A DNA stretch of 64,000 nucleotides from Actinomycetota bacterium (lineage in GTDB: Bacteria > Actinomycetota > Acidimicrobiia > Acidimicrobiales > VFJN01), in contig JBKOUY010000008.1 in the NCBI GenBank assembly GCA_046723645.1, forward strand, positions 13,264 to 77,263, in the 5' to 3' direction. Under the pieces are notes generated by a model that saw only the letters and a list, made by a program, of their open reading frames with translations, ran no database searches and was not told where the DNA came from. The position numbers were made by a program, and so were the translations under genes. Positions 1 to 8,486 of this stretch are shown here, one piece after another (positions within the stretch are counted from its first letter, which is position 1; every line of letters starts with the position of its first letter).

Positions 1-969
1 AAGTCGACCTACGGCCCCTGGGTCTTCAACTGCCAGGCACCCGACGAGGGCAACATGCACACACTGCTGCACTGGGGCACCGAGGAGCAGAAGCAGCGCT
101 ACCTGCGCCCGCTGTGCGAGGGGCGGGCCATGAGCTGCTTCGCCATGACCGAGCCCGAGGTCGCGGGCTCCGATCCGACGCTGATCCGCACCCACGCCTA
201 CCAGGACGGCGACGAGTGGGTGATCAGCGGCCACAAGTGGTTCATCTCCAACGCCCACCGGGCCAGCTTCGCCATCCTCATCGCCCGCACCGAGGACGAC
301 CCCGAGCTGCCGCAGGCCGCCAACACGGCGTTCATCGTCGACATCCCGTCCGAGGGATGGACGGAGGTCCGGCAGATCGAGACCATGCACGGCTCGACCG
401 GCCACTCCGAGATCCGCATCGAGGATCTACGGGTGCCCGACGACCACATGCTGGGCGGGCGGGGCCAGGGCCACATGCTGGGCCAGTACCGCCTGGGCCC
501 GGCCCGCCTCGCGCACTGCATGCGATGGATCGCCCAGGCCGAGACGGCGCTCGACATGATGGTCGACCGCGCCCTCAACCGCTTCGCCCACGGTTCGCTG
601 CTGGCGGAGAAGCAGGGGATCCAGTGGATGATCGCCGACTCCGCCATGGAGCTGTACCAGGCCAAGCTCATGGTGCTGCACGCCGCCTACCGGATCGACC
701 AAAAGCTGGACTTCAAGAGCGAAGTGTCGATGGCCAAGCACTTCGTGGCCAACGCGCTCAACCGCATCATCGACCGGTCGATCCAGGTGCACGGGGCCCT
801 CGGCTACTCGACGGACACGCCGCTGGCGAACATGTACCAACACGCCCGCTGGGCGAGGTTCGCCGACGGTGCCGACGAGGTCCACCAGATGCGCATCGCA
901 CAGCGCACCATCGCCGCCTACAAGGACCACGGTTCGACGCGGACCGCCACCGGCGACCTGCCCCTGTAG
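1..969 (+). CDS. Acyl-CoA dehydrogenase, 3' portion (5' end outside window)
   Basis: Frame 1 is open from base 1 (KSTYGPWVFNCQAPDEGN precedes the tracked Met at 55). ACAD-type motifs are present: CFAMTEPEVAGSDP, KWFISNA, IQVHGALGYS, ARFADGADEVH. Confidence 0.9.
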   Translation, partial: KSTYGPWVFNCQAPDEGNMHTLLHWGTEEQKQRYLRPLCEGRAMSCFAMTEPEVAGSDPTLIRTHAYQDGDEWVISGHKWFISNAHRASFAILIARTEDDPELPQAANTAFIVDIPSEGWTEVRQIETMHGSTGHSEIRIEDLRVPDDHMLGGRGQGHMLGQYRLGPARLAHCMRWIAQAETALDMMVDRALNRFAHGSLLAEKQGIQWMIADSAMELYQAKLMVLHAAYRIDQKLDFKSEVSMAKHFVANALNRIIDRSIQVHGALGYSTDTPLANMYQHARWARFADGADEVHQMRIAQRTIAAYKDHGSTRTATGDLPL

Positions 970-1077
970 GTCAGCGGGTCCGCGCGGGGCCGAGCCAATA
1001 GCGACCGGACCGTCGAGCCGGAGGCGGGGGGCGCACGGTCCTCGTTGCTCATTGCCTGGGGCCGGGCGCGGCGTTCG

Positions 1078-2307
1078 TCATTGCCTCCGGCCGGCGTCGT
1101 CCGGCTGCTCGCCGTCCGGCTGCTCGCCGTCCGCCTCGCCGCCTCGTCGGAGCCGGGGCAGCCGACGGCGCAGGCCCGACAGGCGCTTGCGCATGATCTG
1201 GGTCTCGGGTTCCGGCATCTCGCCCCGCGTGTCCAGATAGACGGCCTTGCTCGCGGCGAACAGGGGCGTGGCCACCAGCGCGCCGGGGACCCCGGCGGCG
1301 GCCCCGCCCACGAGGACCGCCAGCATGGTCGCCGGCGGCGACAGGTTGACCGCGCGCCCGACAATGGCGGGGCTGATCACGTGGTTCTCGAGGTTCTGAT
1401 AGGCGATGACAACCGCCAGCGCGATCACGGCCACGGCCGGTCCCTGCGTGACCGCCAGGAGCACGAAGAATCCGCCACCGAGGAGGCCGCCGATCTGCGG
1501 GATCAGGTTGGTGAACGTCGTCCAGAGGCCCGCCACCGGTGCCAGCGGCACGCCCAGCAGGAGGCCGGTCGACAGAGTCACCAACCCGGCGAGGATGGCC
1601 ACGAACATCGAGCCGGCGAAGTAGCTCCCGAACGTGGAGTAGACGATCCGACCAAAGCGGTCGGCCTGCCCAAGGCGGCCGACGGGGACGAGGACCCGGA
1701 ACCGGCGGACGACCCCCTCGCCGTCGACCATGACCCCGAGCGCGGTGATGAGCACGACGACCGCACTGAGCACACCGCCGAGCAGGCGCTCGCCCAAGTT
1801 GGCCAGTGTCCGGTCGTCGACCCTCGCCGGTGCTTCGTCGATCCAGTCCTCGATGTCGCCGGCGGCGTCGGCCTCCTCGAGGCGGGGACCGATGATCGGC
1901 CAGCTGTAGAACTCACGCACGGTCGTGGGCAGCTCCTCGCTGAACTCGCGCGACTGGCGGATCGCGGCCGGTGCGACGAGGAACACGATGGCGGCCACGC
2001 CGAGCGTCAGACCGGCGCCCACGATCACCACGGCGGTGCCCCGGGACGTGTGCCATCGGCGCTGCGCGGCGTTGACGACCGGGTTCAGCGCCAAGCCGAG
2101 CAACACGCCGACGCCGATGCCCGTGAGCACGTCGCCGGCCTGATCGCTGATGGCGAACAACGCCAGCGCCGCGACGGCCGCCATGACTATCGCCACGAAC
2201 GACCAGGGGTCGATGTCCACGATGACGCGCCCGCCCGAGGGATCGCGTTGATCGTGCCGATCACTCGGCGGCCCCGGGGCCTGCTCGGCGGTCACCTCCT
2301 CGGCCAC
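1078..2307 (-). CDS. AI-2E family transporter (PerM-like permease)
   Basis: Multi-TM protein with the AI-2E C-terminal region VVIAYQNLENHVISPAIVGRAVNLSPPATMLAVL. The first ~80 codons of tracked ORF 1078..2550 are Arg/Thr/Ala junk, so I placed the start at in-frame GTG 2307. ATG 2370 is the alternative. Confidence 0.8.
   Translation of the reverse strand: MAEEVTAEQAPGPPSDRHDQRDPSGGRVIVDIDPWSFVAIVMAAVAALALFAISDQAGDVLTGIGVGVLLGLALNPVVNAAQRRWHTSRGTAVVIVGAGLTLGVAAIVFLVAPAAIRQSREFSEELPTTVREFYSWPIIGPRLEEADAAGDIEDWIDEAPARVDDRTLANLGERLLGGVLSAVVVLITALGVMVDGEGVVRRFRVLVPVGRLGQADRFGRIVYSTFGSYFAGSMFVAILAGLVTLSTGLLLGVPLAPVAGLWTTFTNLIPQIGGLLGGGFFVLLAVTQGPAVAVIALAVVIAYQNLENHVISPAIVGRAVNLSPPATMLAVLVGGAAAGVPGALVATPLFAASKAVYLDTRGEMPEPETQIMRKRLSGLRRRLPRLRRGGEADGEQPDGEQPDDAGRRQ
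1099..1140 (-). repeat. 15-nt tandem repeat (gtccggctgctcgcc x2 plus a degenerate third unit) encoding (GEQPD)n in the transporter tail
   Basis: Direct reading: 1099-1113 and 1114-1128 are identical, and 1129-1140 is diverged. Translates on the minus strand as ...GEADGEQPDGEQPDD. Confidence 0.7.
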
Positions 2308-2326
2308 ACCGGTACGGTACGCCTCG

Positions 2327-3544
2327 GTGCAGCCCCGTCGACGCCCCACCGAGTACCGCGTGGTGCGCATCACCGCCCGCTCGGCGGTGGTCGGCGTCCT
2401 CGTGGTGGTGGCCGGGATCGTGGCCCAGCGGGTGTTCGTGGCGGCGCATCGTCCCCTGTCATGGGCCGCGGCGGCGGTTGTCGTCGCCGTCCTCATCGAC
2501 CCGATCGTCGACCTGCTCGACCGCCACATCCCCCGGCTGGCGGCAGTCATCGTGACGCTGGTGGTCGTCGGCGGGGCCGCCTTCGCCTCGACCTACATGG
2601 CGTTCGACGACCTCGCCGACGGCCTCGACCGCCTGGGTCGCACCGCTGAAGACGCCGCCGCTCAACTGGAGGCCCGTGACGACAGCGTCGGTGATCTCGC
2701 GCGTGACGTCGACACCACTCGCCGGGTCAACCAGTTCGTCGACACCCTCGACGAACGCGTCACCGGCGGGAACGAGTTGCTGGTGTCGACCGCGGGAACG
2801 GCGCCGACTTACCTCGTGGGCGGGATATTGACCCTGTTCCTCATGTCGTACGGACCCCGGGCCGCCCGGTCCGCCGTAAACCAGCTGCCGTCACCGAGCC
2901 AGCGCGAGGCCGTCACCGACGTCGTCACCCGGGCGCTCAACCGGTCACGCCGAGCCGTGCTGCTCATGCTCGCCGAGGGGCTCCTCGTGGGACTGATCGT
3001 GACCGGAGTCGCGTACCTCCTCGACATCCCGTCGGCGGCGGCGGTCGGGTTTGCGGCCGGGGTGCTCGCGATGCTGCCGCACGTCGGCATCGTGCTGGGC
3101 ACCCTGCCGCTCATCCTGCTGATCCTGGCATTGCGGTCCGACATCGAGGCGATCATCGCCGCCGTTGTCGTCGTCGCGTGCCAGCTCGTCGACTCCTACG
3201 TGGTGCGCCGCCGCATCTCCCAGTACAGCGTGCACATCGGGTTGCTGGTGCCGTGGGTCGTGGTGCTTGTTGGTTATTCCGTGTACGGGATCGGCGGCGC
3301 GGCCTTCGCGGTCGTGTTCGCGGTGTTCGGACTCGCCGTCCTCGATGAGCTGGGCGCCCGGCGACGCGCCGAGGAGATGCAAGCCGCTCCGGCTGCCCCG
3401 GCGCCGGCGGAGCCGGCCGTCGCGTCGCCCACGGACGATCGCCCGGCGGCGGAGTGGGCCGATCAGCCGGCGGCGCCGCCGCTGCCGACGCCCGGGCACA
3501 GTCCCGAGACCACGGGCTCGGCCGGCCGATCGTCGCCGCGCTGA
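2327..3544 (+). CDS. AI-2E family transporter (paralogue, divergent from 1078..2307)
   Basis: GTG start at 2327. The product has about 8 hydrophobic segments with AI-2E-like organisation (…LFLMSYGPRAARSAVNQL…, …VVACQLVDSYVVRRRISQYSVHIGLLV…) and an Ala/Pro-rich tail. Confidence 0.8.
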   Translation: MQPRRRPTEYRVVRITARSAVVGVLVVVAGIVAQRVFVAAHRPLSWAAAAVVVAVLIDPIVDLLDRHIPRLAAVIVTLVVVGGAAFASTYMAFDDLADGLDRLGRTAEDAAAQLEARDDSVGDLARDVDTTRRVNQFVDTLDERVTGGNELLVSTAGTAPTYLVGGILTLFLMSYGPRAARSAVNQLPSPSQREAVTDVVTRALNRSRRAVLLMLAEGLLVGLIVTGVAYLLDIPSAAAVGFAAGVLAMLPHVGIVLGTLPLILLILALRSDIEAIIAAVVVVACQLVDSYVVRRRISQYSVHIGLLVPWVVVLVGYSVYGIGGAAFAVVFAVFGLAVLDELGARRRAEEMQAAPAAPAPAEPAVASPTDDRPAAEWADQPAAPPLPTPGHSPETTGSAGRSSPR

Positions 3545-3600
3545 CACCCCGGCGAGCCGGGATCCTCCGCCGGCCCCCGGCCGCCTGCCAGGCTACGACC

Positions 3601-3954
3601 GTGCCCAGCGACGAGGGCAAGCGCGATCCCGACTTCCCCGACTACCGCTTCACGCTCGCCAACGAGCGGACGTTCCTGGCCTGGATGCGCACGTCGTTGG
3701 CGCTCCTGGCCGGCGGCATCGCCCTCCGCCAGGTGGTGCCCTCGTTCGGGGTGCGGCACGTGCGCACCACGCTGGCGGTCTTGGCGGTGCTGCTCAGCCT
3801 GGTCCTCGCGGTGACCAGCTACGTGCGGTGGAGCCAGATCGAACGAGCCATGCGCCGCGGCGAACCACTCCCCCATCCCCTGGCCGTTCCGGTCCTCGCC
3901 ACCGCGATCGCGGGGGTGGCGGGCACGGTGGCCGTGGTCCTCCTGGTGCGATGA
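3601..3954 (+). CDS. DUF202 (YidH-like) small membrane protein
   Basis: DUF202 signature RFTLANERTFLAWMRTSLALLAGG followed by 3 TM segments. Start placed at in-frame GTG 3601, because the upstream part of tracked ORF 3454.. is non-protein-like. Confidence 0.8.
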   Translation: MPSDEGKRDPDFPDYRFTLANERTFLAWMRTSLALLAGGIALRQVVPSFGVRHVRTTLAVLAVLLSLVLAVTSYVRWSQIERAMRRGEPLPHPLAVPVLATAIAGVAGTVAVVLLVR

Positions 3955-4271
3955 CCGGGGGCGCCGACCAGAACGTCGACACCACCGGCCTCCAGGCCGA
4001 ACGCACGCAGCTCGCCTGGGTACGCACGGCACTGGCCGCCGGCGCGCTCGCAGCACTGGCCACGCGGCTGGCCCGCGGCGGCGCGTCGCTCGCCCAGGCG
4101 ATGCTGTTCGGCCTGGTCGTCGCCCTGCCCGGGGCGGCCGCGGCGTTGGCGCGGATTCGCGCCCTCGGACGGCAGTCGGTGCCGCGGGCGGCTGCGCCAT
4201 GGACCGTGGCCCTGCTGGCGGCATCGCTGGCGCTCGCCGACGCTCTGGCGCTCGCGCTCCTGGTGTCCTGA
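3951..4271 (+). CDS. DUF202 (YidG/YidH-like) small membrane protein, second of pair
   Basis: ATG 3951 overlaps the upstream TGA (ATGA). Carries the motif LQAERTQLAWVRTALAAGALA. It is the C-terminal part of tracked ORF 3165..4271. Confidence 0.75.
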   Translation: MTGGADQNVDTTGLQAERTQLAWVRTALAAGALAALATRLARGGASLAQAMLFGLVVALPGAAAALARIRALGRQSVPRAAAPWTVALLAASLALADALALALLVS

Positions 4272-4308
4272 CGTCCGGAGCACCACAACGTGGGTTAGCA
4301 GGCGGGAC

Positions 4309-4530
4309 GTGGGGGTAGCGGCCGCAACGATGATGATCACTCTCCGGTCGCCGCCGCCCGTCATCGAACCGCGCGCCACTCCGATGCCCCCTCCCGACCC
4401 GGGACCTGAGCGGCCGCCAAACCCCAACCCGCCGATGCCGACGCCACCGCCGGCCCCCGAGCCGCCGGTCCCCCCCGGTCCGGCACCCACGCCGCCGCCC
4501 ATTCCGACGTCACCCTGGGGGAAGCGGTGA
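4309..4530 (+). CDS. Hypothetical proline-rich small protein (uncertain)
   Basis: 73-codon ORF dominated by PPxP (…PMPPPDPGPERPPNPNPPMPTPPPAPEPPVPPGPAPTPPPIP…). It ends 7 nt before the next ORF. High GC3, but the antisense frame shares wobble positions, so GC3 is not discriminating. Confidence 0.25.
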   Translation: MGVAAATMMITLRSPPPVIEPRATPMPPPDPGPERPPNPNPPMPTPPPAPEPPVPPGPAPTPPPIPTSPWGKR

Positions 4531-4537
4531 GTGAGAG

Positions 4538-4807
4538 ATGAGCCTGCCCATGGACACGCCCGGCGAGGCCCAGCACGAGCCCGTGCCCGTAGGAACCCGG
4601 ATCCAAACCGGTAACCGGCTGCCGCGCGCCGGCACATGGGAGATCGTCGACCACGCCGACTGCCCGGGCAACGGCACGCTGCGTGAGTTCGCCCCGGGGG
4701 CGGTGGCGCCGCGATGCCTGGTCTGCGACGCGGACGTCGCCTGGCAGCTCAGCCACCTCGCGCCCGCGGTGGCAGCCGATCACCGCAACGTCGGGCGCCT
4801 GCCCTGA
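4538..4807 (+). CDS. Hypothetical small Cys/His protein (possible zinc-ribbon-like HxxC…CxxC)
   Basis: ATG is preceded by GGTGAGTGAGAG. 89 aa with non-repetitive composition. Potential metal ligands are H-A-D-C … (17 aa) … C-L-V-C. Confidence 0.45.
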   Translation: MSLPMDTPGEAQHEPVPVGTRIQTGNRLPRAGTWEIVDHADCPGNGTLREFAPGAVAPRCLVCDADVAWQLSHLAPAVAADHRNVGRLP

Positions 4808-5075
4808 CGACACCCGCCGCCGCGGGGTCGCTCACCCCCCGGCAGCCCCGGCAGCCAGGTCGGGCGCGGCGCCAGGATGCGCTCCAGGTCCGACGCGACC
4901 CGGCCGAAGCAGGCGGCGCCGTCGTCCCATTCTCTCCAGGACTCCTCGATCTCGCTGCGTGTGCGGGCCACGAAGTTCCACCACATGAGCCGGTCCTCCC
5001 CGACCGCCCTCCCGCCGGGGAGCGCGCGCCGGCCAGGTCGCCCCTGAGCGCCCGCAGCGGCACCTGACGCCGACC
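4780..5075 (-). pseudogene. Pirin-family C-terminal remnant
   Basis: The tail of tracked ORF 4780..5667 reads …LPGGRAVGEDRLMWWNFVARTRSEIEESWREWDDGAACFGRVASDLERILAPRP… This matches the conserved actinobacterial pirin C-terminus (MWWNFvgRs.eEi…W…rFG.V…lpAP). No pirin N-terminal cupin region lies upstream, because the frame runs into the copB promoter and gene. Confidence 0.5.
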
Positions 5076-5093
5076 CGGGTTGTACGAGCAACT

Positions 5094-5110
5094 GTACCCC
5101 CCTAGGGTAT
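5094..5110. promoter_or_regulatory. CsoR-type copper-repressor operator candidate (gTACCC-CCCTA-GGGTAt)
   Basis: GC-rich dyad TACCC(5095-5099)/GGGTA(5105-5109), immediately 5' of the RBS GGAGGAGG (5113-5120) and ATG 5128 of the copper ATPase. From memory, it resembles TACCC…GGGTA operators reported for CsoR-family repressors. Confidence 0.5.
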
Positions 5111-5127
5111 ATGGAGGAGGTACTGCC

Positions 5128-7287
5128 ATGCCGGGCGCTCGGGCGCACTCCGACAGCCACACCGAACACCAGGTCGACCACGGGTCGGCGACCAGCGACG
5201 TGCACGCAGTCTCGGCCGACGCACACGAGGACCACGCGGACCACGGCCACGCCAGCCATTCCGGCCGCGCCGGACGGGCCGGGCATCACGGCCATGAGGG
5301 GCACGACGGGCACGCCGGGCACGACCCGGAGATGTTCCGCCGGCGCTTCTGGCTGAGCCTCGCGCTGACGATCCCGCTGGTGGTGACCAGCGAGATGGTC
5401 ATGGACTGGTTCGGCTACTCCCTCGACTTCTGGGGGATGGACCTGCTGGGGCCGATCCTGGGCTCGATCGTGTTCTGGTGGGGCGGCTGGCCCTTCCTGG
5501 CCGGGGGTGTGGCGGAGCTCCGGGCACGCCAGCCCGGGATGATGCTGCTCATCTCGATGGCGATCGTCGTCGCCTACGGCGCATCGATGGCCTCGAGCCT
5601 CGACTGGCTGGACCTCGAGTTCTGGTGGGAGCTGGCGGCGCTGGTCACGATCATGCTGCTGGGCCACTGGCAGGAGATGAAGGCCATCGGCCAGGCCCAG
5701 GGAGCCCTGGCCGCGTTGGCCGAGTTGCTGCCCGACGAGGCCGAACGTGTGGGGCCCGACGGACAGGTGACGATCGTCGCCCTCGCCGATCTGCGGCCCG
5801 GTGACGTCGTGCTGGTGCGCTCGGGAGCGCGGGTCCCGGCCGACGGCGAGATCGTCGACGGCGACGCCGAGCTGGACGAATCCATGATCACGGGCGAATC
5901 GCGGCCGGTGCCAAAGTCACCCGCCGACAAGGTCGTCGCGGGCACGGTGTCCACGGACTCGGCCATCAGGGTGCGCGTCGACGCCGTGGGCGATGACACG
6001 GCGCTGGCCGGCATCCAGCGGCTGGTCGCCGAGGCGCAGGCAAGCCGCAGCCGCGCCCAGGCGCTGGCCGATCGCTTCGCGGCGATGCTCTTCTACGTCG
6101 CGGCCGCCGCCGGGGTGGTCACGTTCTTGTTGTGGCTGGCGCTGGGCGACACCGACAATGCCATCGTCCGCACCGTGACGGTGCTGGTGATCGCCTGCCC
6201 CCACGCCCTGGGGTTGGCCATCCCGCTCGTGATCTCGCTGTCGACCGCCGTGTCGGCCAGGGCCGGGATCCTGGTCAAGGACCGTCTCGCCCTCGAGCGG
6301 ATGCGCACGATCGACGCCGTCCTGTTCGACAAGACCGGCACGCTGACGCGGGGCGCCCATGTGGTCAGGGGCGTCGCCGCCGCCGAGGGACTCGGCGAGG
6401 ACGAGGTGCTGCGGATCGCGAGCGGCGTCGAGTCCGACAGCGAGCACCCGCTGGCCCGGGCGATCGTCGCCGCGGCCAAGGAGCGGGCCGGTGTCGCGAC
6501 CGCCGACGGCTTTCGGTCACTCACCGGCCGGGGCGTCGAGGCGACCATCGAGGGCACGGTCTATGCCGTGGGCGGGCCGGCGCTGCTCCGCGAGCGGGGC
6601 GTGACGATCCCGCCCGAGCTCGACGACGCCATCGAGGCCTGGCACGCCCGGGGCGCGGCCGTGCTCCACCTCGTGCGCGGCGACAAGGTGGTCGGGTCGT
6701 TCGCGCTGGAAGACGAGGTCCGGCCCGAGGCGCGTGAGGCCGTTGCCGCACTGAGGGCGATGGGGACCAAGGTCGTGATGATCACCGGCGACGCCCGGCA
6801 GGTCGCCGACGCCGTGGCCGCCGATCTGGGGATCGACGAGGTGTTCGCCGAAGTGCTGCCCGAGGACAAGGACCGGGCCGCCGCCGAGCTCCAGGACCGG
6901 GGCCTGTCGGTGGCGATGGTGGGCGACGGCGTCAATGATGCGCCGGCGCTGGCCCGGGCCGACGTCGGCATCGCCATCGGCGCCGGGACCGACGTCGCCA
7001 TCGAATCGGCGGACGTCGTCCTCGCCGGCAGCGACCCGCGCGGAGTGGTCGGCGTGATCAAGCTGTCGCGGGCGAGCTACAGGAAGATGGTGGAGAACCT
7101 GACGTGGGCCGCGGGGTACAACGTGTTGGCCATCCCCCTGGCGGCCGGGGTCCTGGCGTGGGCGGGCGTGAACCTGTCGCCGGCCGTTGGCGCCATCTTG
7201 ATGAGCGCATCCACCATCGTGGTCGCGCTCAACGCCCAGCTGCTGCGCCGCGTGGACCTGTCGCCCGAGCCCATCGGTGCCGTTTAG
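5128..7287 (+). CDS. copB: Copper-translocating P1B-type ATPase, CopB-like (His-rich N-terminus, CPH motif)
   Basis: His-rich N-terminus (HSDSHTEH…HEDHADHGHASH…HHGHEGHDGHAGHD), TM CPH motif (VIACPHALGLAIPLV), DKTGTLT, GDGVNDAPAL. Start chosen at ATG 5128 behind a strong RBS rather than the tracked TTG 5080. Confidence 0.92.
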   Translation: MPGARAHSDSHTEHQVDHGSATSDVHAVSADAHEDHADHGHASHSGRAGRAGHHGHEGHDGHAGHDPEMFRRRFWLSLALTIPLVVTSEMVMDWFGYSLDFWGMDLLGPILGSIVFWWGGWPFLAGGVAELRARQPGMMLLISMAIVVAYGASMASSLDWLDLEFWWELAALVTIMLLGHWQEMKAIGQAQGALAALAELLPDEAERVGPDGQVTIVALADLRPGDVVLVRSGARVPADGEIVDGDAELDESMITGESRPVPKSPADKVVAGTVSTDSAIRVRVDAVGDDTALAGIQRLVAEAQASRSRAQALADRFAAMLFYVAAAAGVVTFLLWLALGDTDNAIVRTVTVLVIACPHALGLAIPLVISLSTAVSARAGILVKDRLALERMRTIDAVLFDKTGTLTRGAHVVRGVAAAEGLGEDEVLRIASGVESDSEHPLARAIVAAAKERAGVATADGFRSLTGRGVEATIEGTVYAVGGPALLRERGVTIPPELDDAIEAWHARGAAVLHLVRGDKVVGSFALEDEVRPEAREAVAALRAMGTKVVMITGDARQVADAVAADLGIDEVFAEVLPEDKDRAAAELQDRGLSVAMVGDGVNDAPALARADVGIAIGAGTDVAIESADVVLAGSDPRGVVGVIKLSRASYRKMVENLTWAAGYNVLAIPLAAGVLAWAGVNLSPAVGAILMSASTIVVALNAQLLRRVDLSPEPIGAV

Positions 7288-7294
7288 GCGCCGC

Positions 7295-7654
7295 CTAGGC
7301 GTCGCCCACGATCTCGTCCCCGTAGGCCTGCCGGATCCGCGTGGGCGCCCTGATGAGCCACGACTCCGTGATCATCTCGCGCAGCTCGTCGACGTCGATG
7401 GCGGGGAGGTTGACCAGCACCGTGGGATGGCCGTCGTAGTGCGGGGTCGTGAAGAACTTGTCGGGCTCCGACGCGAGGAGGGCCTCCTTCTCGCCCAGGT
7501 CGGAGACCCACACGACTAGCCCGCCCTCCGCCTCGGAGCGGATGCGCAGGAAGCCCTTGTCCTTCACCCGGAACCCCGGGGTACCGAACCAAGGCTTCTC
7601 GATCGTCTCCGGCAGCGACAGGGCGATCTGCCGCACGTCGTCCTCGGTGGCCAC
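7295..7654 (-). CDS. MmcQ/YjbR family protein
   Basis: VRQIALSLPETIEKPWFGTPGFRVKDKGFLRI…FFTTPHYDGHPTVLVNLPAIDVDELREMITESW fits the YjbR fold family. Start placed at in-frame GTG 7654. Confidence 0.75.
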   Translation of the reverse strand: MATEDDVRQIALSLPETIEKPWFGTPGFRVKDKGFLRIRSEAEGGLVVWVSDLGEKEALLASEPDKFFTTPHYDGHPTVLVNLPAIDVDELREMITESWLIRAPTRIRQAYGDEIVGDA

Positions 7655-7691
7655 GCGGCAACGATACGCGTCGAGGTGACAGTCACCGACC

Positions 7692-8486
7692 TCAGCTGAA
7701 CCGGGTGACGTAGCCGCGGCGGCGGAACACTGCCAGCATCCGGACGACGTAGGCGAGGCCCGCGGCGGCCGCCACGGCCGCGCCCGCAAGGCCGGCGGCG
7801 ATCTCGCCCCACGGGAGGGCCTCGCCGTCGAGCACCGTCCGGGCGGCGGCGAACGCGTGGGTCGTCGGCAGCACCCGCGCGATCGGCTGGAGCGGGCCCG
7901 GTATCGCCTCGACCGGGTTGAACACGCCCGACAGGGCCATGATCACGAACAAGACGCCCCACGCCAGGATCTCGGCGCTCTGCCCGAACCGCAGCATGAG
8001 CCCGATCACGAACTGCGAGCCCGCCCAGGCAACGATCAGCAGCACCAGGGCGATCGGCACCAGTGCCCATCCCACCTGGGCGAGGTTGAACCCGAAGAAG
8101 ACGAGCGCGGTGATCACCACCGCCGTCATGCCGAGGCCCAGCTTGGCGAGCCCGTAGAGGCCGAGCCCGATGGCGTACTCCACCTCGCGCAGCGGCGTCG
8201 TCATGATGTTCAGGAGGTTGCGGGTCCACGTTTCCTCCATGAACCCGGTCGTCACCGCGATCTGGCTCTGGTAAAGGACGTGGAACAACATGATCCCGGC
8301 CAGCAGGTAGGGGGTGCCGGCACGGCTGGCGTCGTTCTCCTGCGCAACGAACGCGCCCAGGGCTCCCCACACGACCACGTCGACCAGTGGCCAGACCGTC
8401 AGGTCGAACCAGCGGTGGGGGCTGCGCCAGAGCACCACGAAGTTGCGCCGGACGACGGTTCGAATCCGCAGCCAGCTGAGGTTCAC
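7692..8486 (-). CDS. ABC-2 type transporter permease
   Basis: C-terminal 264 aa of tracked ORF 7692..9593. It has 6 TM segments and an ABC-2 style sequence (…FMEETWTRNLLNIMTTPLREVEY…). GTG 8486 overlaps the ATPase stop (GTGA). Confidence 0.85.
   Translation of the reverse strand: MNLSWLRIRTVVRRNFVVLWRSPHRWFDLTVWPLVDVVVWGALGAFVAQENDASRAGTPYLLAGIMLFHVLYQSQIAVTTGFMEETWTRNLLNIMTTPLREVEYAIGLGLYGLAKLGLGMTAVVITALVFFGFNLAQVGWALVPIALVLLIVAWAGSQFVIGLMLRFGQSAEILAWGVLFVIMALSGVFNPVEAIPGPLQPIARVLPTTHAFAAARTVLDGEALPWGEIAAGLAGAAVAAAAGLAYVVRMLAVFRRRGYVTRFS

Noticed and set aside
4288-4505. Glycine-rich minus-strand ORF (MGGGVGAGPGGTGGSGAGGGVGIGGLGFGG…) as a possible small Gly-rich protein.
   Set aside because: The frame has no stop until 3819, so it would run antisense through the whole second DUF202 gene. 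Its high GC3 is explained by shared wobble positions with the plus-strand frame.
5080-5127. The tracked TTG start at 5080 for the copper ATPase.
   Set aside because: ATG 5128 is preceded at ideal spacing by GGAGGAGG. The 16 extra codons would also cover the putative operator and promoter.
8457-8467. GGTTCGAATCC, the canonical tRNA T-loop motif.
   Set aside because: The flanking bases give only a 3-bp T-stem and no acceptor or anticodon arms. The site lies inside the ABC-2 permease coding sequence (…WLRIRTVV…).
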